DNA from: Orbicella franksi
Taxonomy: Eukaryota
Direction: 5' to 3'
DNA length: 64,000 nucleotides
NCBI GenBank assembly: GCA_964199315.1
Contig: OZ116706.1
Coordinates: 15,252,001 to 15,316,000, forward strand
Shown one piece after another: positions 12,378-24,000 of the stretch. A program made the position numbers and the translations under genes. Under the pieces are notes generated by a model that searched no databases, was not told where the DNA came from, and worked only from the letters and a program-made list of their open reading frames with translations. Within the stretch, counting starts at the first letter, position 1. Each line of letters starts with the position of its first letter.

Positions 12378-15300
12378 CGCGCGAAAAGCCTATTCCATTG
12401 TATTTTGCCGCGCATAGCAAGCAAGCACCGTGTTTAACAATTAATGACAAGCAGAGCAACTTCAACGACAGACTTCGAAGTTAAAAAGCTCTGATTTGCA
12501 GAGCTGATTGAGTACACAGAGGGAAAGAATGCCGAGTAAACAAGCCAACCAAATAGGCCATTCGTTTGGCAGCTTCGCTTGATGGCCGCGGGTGATAACG
12601 CTGCGTTGCCAGCCCCCTTGCCTGTCGGCCGACGTTTAAAGTTATTTCATAGGTTTGTATTTACCAGACATACAATAGCGTGCATTGCCATCGCTCACTG
12701 ATTCCCAATTACCCCCCACCTGTGGAGTTTGTCGGTTGCAAAAAAGTCACTTCTAAAAATTGCGAAGGTTTTTCCAACGGCTTTGCAAACTTGGCCAAAT
12801 AAAGTTTGTTTTCGTATACCCTGGGGGACCTGTAATCACAAAGTCGTCAGCGGCGAGGAATTGACGTAACTGTGAGATAAGAATTTGCAAGCCGTGCGCC
12901 GGGTCTTTGTATTGCTGCGATAACCGGAGGCTATATACTATTCGTTGGCGTGGACTTCACTTCACATCTCGATGAATCCTAATTGTCGTCCTCGTCAGAG
13001 ATTCGACACAATAGTACCTTGGAATAAAAGGCCAATTATGCGGCGCGCAAGCGACACGAGAGTAAAACAACTTTGTCGAAAGAACAGACCTGTGTGATTT
13101 ATTCACCTGTTAAAAAATTGCTCAACCGTTTGTGGTAGAAGGTAAGGGGCAGAAAGGGAAAAAAGAAGGGAGCGAACGTTATTCAAATCAACATTGATAA
13201 ACTCATAAAAAGGACGTCTAATTCTTAAACAATTCAAACCTATGTTTTTCAAGAATTTTTTGTGCTATGTACTTAATATTCAAATTCCTTCGCTCTTCAC
13301 GTACCAATGTCTAATAGTTTCAGCTAAAACAAATAAAAGCTTTGCAGGATTATGCAAGATTTGTTTTAAGTCTTATCACGGCATATTTTAATACCTTTTT
13401 GTATCGTTTTTTATGTGAATCTGTCTACGTTAGTATGCGACAATCTTACTTTGTGTAGTTTTAAACCATACGCTCATCGTAAATCACTTGTTCTCGGTAG
13501 AAAAGTAAACTTTCAGGAAGCAGTGTTATTAAGAAATTAACATTCCGTTTGCGCTGGAAAGTTTTACGTCCTTTTAAATGTTTCCTTTTCTTTTTTGTCG
13601 TTTCCTTTTCCTTGTGAGAACGTCACGTTTCACGCAAATTACTGCACGATCAAAGTAGAGGTTTGTTTGAGTTTGCTTTTCGTTGTTTGTTTAGTGCCGA
13701 ACGTGCTCGGCTCAGCGGAAGATAAACCAACTTTAACAAACATTTTACTAGCTAATTTTACCACTGACTTCTCGATCGATTCTTGTGAATTTTTAGGAGA
13801 GGTCTTAGATAAATCCGTATGGCGGATCAGTTACAGTACATTAGTCGAGCCTTCAAGTGTCACAAAATTTCTGTCTTCGTCAACATTTAATAAATTTTAC
13901 GATCTCTGCGACCTGGCCTAACTATGAGGTAGAAATTCAGTGCTCTAGACTGAGTTTTCAGACATCCTTTCGACACCCTTAGTTCAATTTTTGTTGCCTT
14001 CTCAAGTTTCCAGCAATAATTTTTACCGTGCTACAATTGTAGGCTGTCTGTACCGTAACATTATATTTTACTTTAAGTGGAAATCGTGATTAACTTGGCT
14101 CGAACTCAAATTTCTTATAAAACACGATTTTGATGTCTGTCTGTTTCGAACGACTTTCTGTCTCTCGTTGTTTGCCTAGTTTATTAACTTTCCTATCCAA
14201 ACGCATGGAGTGAAGAGGAGAAAACATTGTTGAGGGCATATCAAACTCGTAGGAAAATGCAGATTACGAAGTAGTGTGATCAAAACACTTACCAAGCATG
14301 AGCGCGGACTTAAAGATATTTCAATATTAAAGATGACTAGCACGGCTGCAAGAATTCCCGATTGTTTCAATTTCTCTAGTTTCTTTCTCGTTTCAAAATT
14401 GCCGATGCCTGGGCGCACGCTCTCTCTTGCGCGTTAACCGTCACCGCTGATGCATTAGCCATGGCCAAAAGCCGATCACGAAATATAACAAGCGGTACAA
14501 CTGCTCACCTTCATAATACTGACTGTAGGATCTCGGGTGACCCACTCTGTTGTGGCTGGAGACTAAAGGATGGATTGATTCGACTTCTGGCATCATTTCA
14601 CGCCGCACCTTGAGGCGAAAAGAGAACAATGACACAGTGGTTAGGCCTCGCTGCTATCTAACAACCCTTCTGCTATTGTAGCTCACACACAATGAACACT
14701 CGTCAGTGGGGAGATGATTGGCAGGTCTCCACTCGATCACCAGCCAGGTCACGGCTGCGGTTTGGGAGACAGTGCGCGCGCGTAGAAATCAACTGCAGAT
14801 GGAAATATCAATAAGGTGTAAAGGTCAACGTTTAAACCGCGCATGATCAGGATAGACCAGAATTCTGGCGTGCGTGCAATTCTAAACGAAATACCCTAGT
14901 GCAGCCTAGTGCAAAGTAAACAGCTTTTCGGACGAGACAGCTTATTTATGGTTGCGGGAAGAGAATGCTCAGACGCCCCAAAATTGAGCAAGAAGACACT
15001 TAACGACTCGTAAATTCAAATGTTAGAGGTCGCACGACGACTCCAGAGAGATCTCGTTCGTCTAGAAGACCGATGAGCTGCTCACGTGGCTGTCTCAGTA
15101 CAGTATAAGTAGTTATTTAATGATGATAGAACTCACTCAGACAGTCTACACTGTGTTGCATAGCCCGAGGCCAATTCCACCAAGACTATTAATGACTGGT
15201 TATCCCTCACACAAAGTGATAATCTCTTGAGTACAGCCTTCGCCGGCCGGCTTCCAGTTTCTTCAGTTCAGCATCATTCGACCACAGTTAGTTTTGGGCA

Positions 15301-17634
15301 GTTTTTTTCCTGCTCTCGCAACACAAATTCTAAGCCGGTGGTTTGGACAGGTAGCGCGTTGTATATCTTGATTGCGAGTTCCGAGTTCAGTTGTGTTGTC
15401 AGCTCTTTCAGCGGATTTACTTGATCTATTTAAGGATTTTCCGGTGTCGTTGTTTGCTGTTGAATAGTATAGCCCAAACACCCGAACACTAAAAAGAGCT
15501 TTTTGTTAACTCCTGACTTGTTGGCAAACATTTTTTGACCTTTGTTTTCAAGAATACTCTCCCTTTGTTAAAGAAATGTCATTTTCTTACGTTGTGTAAT
15601 CAGCCCCTGACGTTCGTAGTGGCCGTGGTGAGGTTACGATTTGTTACGACATCTTTGAATTTTGAATTTTCGATGATTTGCTAGAATAAATAACATAAAT
15701 AGATGTACATTTGTTCCTCTACAAACACGCAATACGGCTTAAAGTCACGCTATCGGTTTCTCACGAACTTTGCGGATACACGGAAAACGTGACTTACGTA
15801 ATGAAGTTGTTTGATGCACAGTAACCGATGGAATTCTTTTCAGAACAAGAGTGCAAATAGTCCATTCTTAACTCGGAACTGGTGATCGTGTAATATCACG
15901 ATTTGCGTTCCGTAAAATTAAAGTGTCTCTACACATATACGAGCAGATTTCCGGCAATCATCCATTGTTCTAAACTTATAAGTTATGCTTATGTCTTTGC
16001 TGTCCTAAGTACGTGGTGAAATTTGAAATCTAGCGCCTTTACCTTGCACAATCTAATTGCTAATAAATGTGGATTTGATGAAAATTTTTCTGTATACAAG
16101 CCAGACAAACGAAGGCAGATGGTTACTCAAGCCATAAAATCTGACCTCGTCGACAAGTTTCCACAACTATACGTGATATGAATTTTAAGTGTCATCATGG
16201 CTTTCTTCAGTCATTCCGCCGGTATTGTATAACGAAAACTTCTGCATGTGTAGCAAGTATTCACGCCTCTCTGTGTGTTTCGGCCAAAATTACAACTTCT
16301 CACGCGCTACCCACAAATAGTTGCCCAGTTTAATCAATAAATCTCCTAAAAAATTTCCTAGAATCACTTCCACTTGTCATCCCTTCTCAAGATTATTGCA
16401 TACTCCAGCGACAGGTGTCAAGAAAAAGAAAATAAATAACTATATAGGGAATGTAGGCTTAATTTACCGACAGATTTTGAAAACGAACATGTGGTAAGAC
16501 TGAGTCGTATTAAAAGGGACAGTTTCGTTTTAAACTTGGGGTATGAAAGGGTTGGCTTGGCTACCTCAGTCAGCAGAACGTTATGGTACATGGGATGCAG
16601 TAGTTAATCACAATGAATTTGCTTACTTAGCTTCTTGAATGGATCTAAATGCCCCCATAAATGCCATTTTGAGGCTGTGCTAACTTGTGGTGACAAGCTT
16701 AAGAAGGGAAGCACGAAGTGGTTGCCGAGACGTACTTTATATTTACGTCGTCGTTATAAATCTTCGTAAATCAACACCGAGGCCGGTTAGGAGCAAGATG
16801 CTTTGCTCGACAAACGCGGAGGAATGTTTTGACGCAGCAAATCCGCATCAAACTTATTATACCAATGGAAAACATACATACCTCGTGTCGTCACTTGAAA
16901 ACCAGGCTGTAGTGAAACGAGAGCGTCAATAGAGATACATCGACAAGCGTTTGTTTCGAATTATTGTGCTCCGTATCATCGCTTGCACACTGTATGTTTT
17001 GACCGCAATGAAGTTCACTTGTCATTCGTGTAATAAATCAGCTGTCATTAAGGTTTTTATGAGCACTCTTTCATACCGGCCTCCATTGGGCTAATGACTT
17101 CCGAAAGTGGTTTTCTACGAAGCGTAACGCAGTTAAGTGTATGACTGTCTATTTTTGGTTTATCAGTTTGACGCAACGAACCGTGCAAAGATATAGACTT
17201 AGACATGTTGGTGCGATGGCTCGTCAACTTCCGAAGATACTAAAGTTCAGCTGGGTATGGGCCCACGTATTAAGCTCTCTAGGTAAATTTGTTCAAGAGT
17301 TCATTTTTGCGGGCGAGAGAAAGGAGAGGGGGAGAGCTCGTGAGAGGTTTATTACCAGGGGTTACATACAACTTTTAATTTACAGCCGTGATTTTGAAGA
17401 TGCGAGAGGCGCGATGGTCGGCCTGCATGGTAACTGCACTGGACGTCAGGTTTTAAGTCCGGCCGGGTTCATCGTGTTGTGTTATGTCAGGAACCCATAA
17501 TATGGTCATGAGCAAGATCAAGGCACTTCAGGAAGCCCCACAGTGCCCCCTCTATCAAGGAATGCAAATGGAGCGAGTAGAGAAAAATGATCAGAAAAGT
17601 CAAACAATGGCTGAATTTATAGGGACGAATTATC

Positions 17635-17895
17635 CGACGCCGAATTTACATAAGGAGACGATTTGTTCATCAGAAACGATTTATTCGTCTTAGTTGGATA
17701 AATCTTGTTGGTATTAATCCATCTTGAAAACGTGCTGAGGTCGAATCAGACGAAGATGAATCGGGCCATGTAATTCGTCTAAACACTGGATTTATACTTC
17801 GGTGATTTACCCGTCTGAGGCAGTCGAATTACCGTTCCTAAAAGGCAAATTCGTCTCAGACGGACAATTCGTTCATAAACTAAATTCGGCCGTTA
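17635..17895. mobile_element. Degenerate MITE-like element
   Basis: Imperfect TIRs of about 45 bp (ccgaattta..gacgatttgttcatcagaaacgattt versus aaattcgtctcagacggacaattcgt..taaattcgg). Confidence 0.4.
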
Positions 17896-19747
17896 GCTTA
17901 ATTCTGACGTAGAGGTTCCCACTAATACATCAGTGAATAGAGTTCCTGGTTTTCCTGTTTCCTTTTTTTTTTCCTATCTCCGGCCTATTTTTAAAACTTT
18001 CTTTCCTTGTTATTCTTTCACAGCAATATCCTGTTTGCCCTTTGGCTTGAAGATCTCAGTTTACAGTGCACGACAAAGTTCTGAGTGACCTCTGTTAGAT
18101 TGTGGCAACCGGCTTTCCATACCCAAAACTGAACGTGATAAAACCCACTTCTCAGGTGAAATGCATTGTCAAGTATGCAAGGGGCGTCTAACATACGTGG
18201 GAACCATTTTGGAAAATTCTTAAATCCGTCTTTAACAGCTCCCAGATGGCTAATTAGATTTGTGGTGGTTCACAGACTGAAAAGTAACACCAGAAATTTT
18301 CTTTTTATTGTTAAAGCAAAAGAACCGGTATATGAAAGTGCTCATGATTTCTTGGGTTTAGACAACTGAAGCTCTCGAATTTTCTCGGGCATTAGGCTAT
18401 AGGATCTGGGTAACTTCTGCCATGGATACGACTGAGCTAAGCAACAAAGGAGCAACGCAGCGAATGCCAGTTTCATTTCAAGTCCAATCAAAGGCAGAGA
18501 AGACCCGAGGAACCCCCGCCTCCCACCCCCGCGGCCTTCTTTAACTCGTTTTCAGTCTACTCCGTTGAACTGCGTACTTCAGTGACCGGGACGTGAAATT
18601 TATTTCCTGGTAATGAGGTTTGTAAAACGTTCCTCCACCTCCCTCCACCCGCCGTGCCCGTGCAAGAGTCATGGTTAGCGAAACAATCTTAAAATTTCCT
18701 TAACCAGGATCCAATATTTTATCTAACAGCTGGTGCAAAATTAAATGTGGCCTCTTGCTTTCAGTGCTGCCATACACGCGAACACAATTTGTTTAATAAT
18801 TAAGTTCAAGTTGGTTTGTACCGTAAGGTCAGCGTTGTGTAGGATGTTGTTGTGTTATCGATCGGAAGTGCGTAAATCTAGCGGTTTTGCGTTTGATTGC
18901 CCTCAAATTGAACTGCGCGGGATATCAAAGGTAAATATTATGCAAATGATGAAGATTTAAATACCGCGTATTATTATATACTTGTTGCGTGCGGAAAAAA
19001 GGAAATTTTCACTGAGCGAGGGCGTCTAGTAATTCTTTGCTATAGTCTGATAATCTACGACCGGCGTCTTGACGGAAGGCATCCTATTTAGTCAGCGCAG
19101 TAGTAGTTGTTATTCTCACGTGCAAGTCATCGCAGAAGGTTTTTCCCAAGAAAGAAAATGTCTTCATTGTTCGAGACCAGTGTTTTAACATTCCATTTTG
19201 CGTGCGTAAACGCAGATAATGCTCTTGTACCCACTGCGCCTGCGTGTTATATCTGTCATTTAATCTTATTTAGGATAAAATACGTTACTCATTTGCACTG
19301 TGGATGGATGGCTGCTACAACACTTAATTCTCATGTTCATGCACTGAGATCCGTAGGAGGTCTTTGCGAAAAAAGGAAGAAAAAAACCAAATCATTTTTG
19401 TGGGCCAGTGTTATAAATAGCCCATTTTGCGTGCGTATCACCATATTTACTGAGCTTACATTGTGCATGTTTGTATACCTGTTTTTCATTTTATTGTCAT
19501 TGCGGTTTTTTACCAGGATGCGGTAAATTAGCTTCTTAGAACCTTATAAAGTGACAACGTATACTTGCTTAAGACGTAGCCGCGTGACAAGAACCACCTG
19601 TGGTTGGCCCGGCAACTCATTGGGGGACCTTGGTGAATATCAGTTCGGTTGCCATCGTTAGACAATTGGAACTGGAATACGTAATAACTCTAAATAAAGG
19701 AAAATAGATTTAACACGTTTGTCAAAACACTGCAACACGTCGTTGAA

Positions 19748-19982
19748 TTAAAGGAGCTAAGTCACGGTTTTCGCATCCAGAAAAGTGAAGCTTAAATTTT
19801 TCAAATTCGTCGTTTGCAATCCGTGTTAACTTTCTCCATCCTTAACCATTCTTGTTCCTTCATGGTTTATTGTTGTTATCCCTTTGGCGTTTTTATCTCT
19901 TAGTAAACTACTATTTTCAGGCTTTCTTCAATTTATAGGTCGTTTTGTACATGGCCGAAACACCGTAACTGAGCTCCATTAA
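19748..19982. mobile_element. MITE family 'ttaaaggagct', copy 1
   Basis: TIR ttaaaggagctaagtcacgg / ccgtaactgagctccattaa; homologous to 44470-44711. Confidence 0.8.
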
Positions 19983-20178
19983 CTGACCGCCTATGCTTTA
20001 CAGAAAACACCGTTTTAATGGGAAGTGTAATTCCCGGAGGGGGAGGGGGTAGAGGGAGGGGGTAGAGGGAGGGGGGAAGGTGATGGCGGTGTTCCCCCCT
20101 CTGGGAAAATTGGACTGAAAACCTAAACTTAAATCGCACAGGAGAAAATCTCATAGCCGGGATGGTTTCAAAATTGTG

Positions 20179-20184
20179 TTTATT
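20179..20184 (-). terminator. Probable polyadenylation signal AATAAA of the DLC-like gene (about 0.8 kb 3'UTR)
   Basis: tttatt on +; first canonical hexamer I noticed after the stop. Confidence 0.35.
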
Positions 20185-20967
20185 ATAGAACCAATTTTAC
20201 AGTGGTTTCTCTTTTTTTCCGTGATCTGTGGGCGCATTTTTTATGTCAAAATAGATATGCATCGTATATATTAGACATTTGTGGATAATTCATCGCAAGG
20301 GGTAATAAATTAACAGCGGAAGAGCCGTAGCATAATTTACATATTATGCTGAAAATGGAATTTATCATCTTACAAAATTTACCTCATCAAAAAACTGCAA
20401 TAAAAACGTTTAACTAAAATTGACAAATGAAGCCAATATCTAAAGACCTAGAAAATATATCTCAATTTGACTTCGAATTCCGGCTTATTTTGCCACAGTG
20501 CGACTGATAAATAAGACTTGAACTTTCTTCGTAAAATGTCTTTACCACATAATTACCTACGAACTGTTTCAGAATTTCACTTTTAAAAATGTTCACGTGA
20601 CAATGAACTGAGCGATTCGACGTGAATACACGAGTGAATTACGTATGAAAACTTTTAAATACTCTGTACACCTTCCTTTTAAAAATTATATTCTCCTAGA
20701 GAACAAGTTCATTTTGTCACAGCTTTGATTTTTGGAGGCTACCCGCTAGAGTTGTCACCCACTTCCAAGCAGGGGAGAAGCATGCGTCGCTCTCAAATCT
20801 TGGTACAGAAGTGTTCCAATAAGGCATCCTGGTTTCGTGACATTTTGGGGCTTTCAATTTGTCGTTGGTTCTCAGAGCTCACTCATGAATACCATAACTG
20901 TAACGTGGTGTGTTCATGGCCACGCATTGATGATTCTACCCTGTCATTCGGGCAGCCATAGGGTTTC

Positions 20968-21082
20968 CTATACTTTTGTTTCGGGGCCGTCTGATCCGTA
21001 CTGGAAGGTGTCCCGTACCTTGGCCACTGACGAAGCCAAGAAGGGCCCGATGGCTTTGCTGTAGTACTCTGGTGTTCTACCC
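20968..21082 (-). CDS. STARD13: DLC/STARD13-like last exon (GRTPEYYSKAIGPFLASSVAKVRDTFQYGSDGPETKV*)
   Basis: ctcttctgcag|; START C-terminal helix; TAG at 20970-20968. Confidence 0.93.
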
Positions 21083-24000
21083 CTGCAGAAGAGCAAAAGA
21101 AGAATATTATTTTAAATGTCACTGTTTACCGGAACAGCCTTTTCTGGTACTCTGTTACGTCAGGACGGCTGTACAGAGACGAACAAGTACATCAGGGACT
21201 TCTTCTGGTTTTTTCTGATGAAGTGCACTTTTGAATTTGTTTTATAGAGCAAGAAGATAGGGAGATTTGGAAGTTAATCCCAAGCTACTATCGACAGAGT
21301 AAAAGGGGATCCCGGGCGGATTCTTTCTGGTGCGCCCACGAAACGAGCTTCAATGGCTAAACGACACCCATCCTCTGTTTTTGATGAACAAAGTAACGTT
21401 CACCATCTCGGAACTCCGCTGTGCTCGACAGAAACTGGGGATATTTTCCCTCTTTTTTTTCTTTATTCCTCACGAAGTCAAGGTTTCTCAAAATTTTATG
21501 ATCTCAGTGGTTTATTTTTATAATGACAACAAAGTTCTATTGCGTGCAAGACTATAATTTTGAATAAAATAGGAGGAAAGTAAAGCGGAAAAGCGTGTGG
21601 GTTGTGTGTGATATGAAGTTGTTCTGCAGAAACTCGAGTCAGGCAGCGATCAGGAAAAGAATACTTCAATAACTTTCCTTAAATTAATTTGATCTTATCA
21701 GCACGTAACACAGACCAGTAACCGCACGGGTGAACAGTTTAATATCACAAAGAGCGGGTTACACTTATCTCTGAGAATCCGAATGATAAAGATGCCGCTT
21801 CTATTGTGCCATAGTCAAAGTCTCGTTGTTTTGCCAAAATTACATTTGAAAACTGAGCTCGGTGATTCGCAGTGATAAGAAATTTCTGTCTCTCTTTGTT
21901 CAAAGAAAATGGGGCATAACGGACGAACTAGATGAAATGAGATGTATGAGATTACAAGCAGTTTATGACGGACCCGTTGTTTTGATGACAAATCGACCAC
22001 AGAGTTGTTTTGTAGGACTTTTCAAAAGTTCATTGTCCAAGCGCAATACTTGAGGGTTTAGGGTTATGGTTCATCCTGGGCTTGATACAATGATTTCGCT
22101 TGGTGGATTCCATCAAGCGAAATCAATGGATTCCATCAAGCGAAATCATTGTGTCAAGCCTTTCACTCTTCACACTTTCCTTATACAATAGCTATGTTAG
22201 GTTGCGTAAAATTTTAGAAAACGTCATCACTAATAGACAGTCCTTGCCTTTGATCCACACGGCTTATATGAGTTAGCCGAGATTTTCCGTTTTCCAAAGG
22301 TTCTACAAGGTATCTTGATGCGAGTACAATAGCAGGCACTCCATTGCTGGGAGGGGCTCGGGGGTGATTAATAGATGTGGACACCAGCGCACAGACACCT
22401 CGTTCGAGGTCCGTCCATGACCTTCGAAAATAAGACAGAATAGACAAGTTAGAGACGATTGGCGCAACTTTAAGTTGATCCTGAATGTCTTTAAGTTCGT
22501 CCTTTTCAATTCTTAATCTTCCTCATTCTAAACTATCCTTGTTCCTTTTGGTTGATTGTTTCCTCTTTGGTGTTAATGAAGGTTAGAAAATTATATATAT
22601 ACTTTTTAATTTTGCTTCCTTTGAATTAAAGAGAGCTCGGTTTACCATATTTGGGCTGGGTATGTTGAATAATTTTGTTTAATTTTTCAAGTTTCGTCAA
22701 AGTGAAAGTTGAATTTCAGTAGCTTGCAGCAAAGACAGAGAACCTGAGGTCATCACTGTTGCTTCAATAACGTATTTACCTCAGCACCACGTGTTGACGT
22801 TTCGGTTGCAGGATCATGGACTTTGTGGTGTAAAAGAAGACGTCTGTGTGATCATCGATTTTCTCGATCATATCCCATGATTCCAAATCTTCATCCCAGA
22901 GATGCCTAAAAAAGACGCCACCAGTTATTAGAGAGAGGAGGTAAAATGGTCTTCACTAACCAGAGCTCGACAGCGGTTTCCGCAGGATAAAATAGATAAG
23001 ATTCAGAATTAAATGCTACCATCCTGTGGATGGTGACCCCGAAGGTAAGGGATGGGATTTAAGCGCTACAGGCTAGCTTAACCTCTTCCCCAGCGGTTTC
23101 CTCCACAATTTGCTTGTACTCATACAGTTACATGCATACAGATGAATGCAAAGAGGCCCCCCAAAGTGTGGTCCAACCATGCTACTCACAGTGATAAGTA
23201 GGCAACGAAAAAATGCTGCGTATATACGCACTAATTCTCCAACTGGTGCGAATTTCAAAGGAATCTTAACTGAACTTAACGAGATCACACACAGTCGAGA
23301 ATGTGTGTGGTCTACGACAAAAAGAAACCATTACTCATGAGTTTCCCGACGTAAATCGGTTTTTACCTTTCATAGAGAATTCTCCGTATGACATCATCAG
23401 GACTAGCATTGACTTCGACAACACATCTCCACAATCTAAGCGGGTAACCATCTTTGACTTTCTTGTAGGAAATCTCTACCGAGCTGTCGTACCATGGTTG
23501 CGACACCCAACCCTTGAATTTGTCTTTCGCTTCCTGTAGAGAAAAGAAAGGAATATTAACTAAAATAAATTCTTCTTCCAAGAAGACAATCCCTTTGAAC
23601 AGAGTTCTCTACTGGATACAAAAATTCCGGAAGGTGCCAGTGGAACACGTGGACAAACAGCCAATCAGCGACCGAATAACTGTAAGTAAGCCAATAGGAA
23701 ATGACCTTGGACACACGCGGCGAGAGTTGGCGGGAAAATCTTTGAAAGATTGCCTTCGCGCAGAGCAGAGAGCATCGTATTTGTTTGCAACACAACTAAA
23801 CATTACAACTAGTTTATTACCTTTAGCAGTCCAGCAATGCACGACTCGATGTAAGTCTGATAGCCACTTTCGGGACTGGATTTTGATTTTCCCAGCTGCT
23901 CCAAAGAAACTGGTTCGCCTTTCTCGATGTACGAAAACCGACTGTTCTTGACAGTATCTTCGGGAATCTGAAAGCACAAGATGGTTAAGACATCATAAAT

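Noticed and set aside
13595-13921. 108-aa ORF with a signal-peptide-like stretch
   Set aside because: No ATG, no supporting exons, no recognisable homology
22051-22070. Telomere-like gagggtttagggttatggtt (and taaccctaaccc at about 59580)
   Set aside because: Only one or two degenerate units; expected by chance
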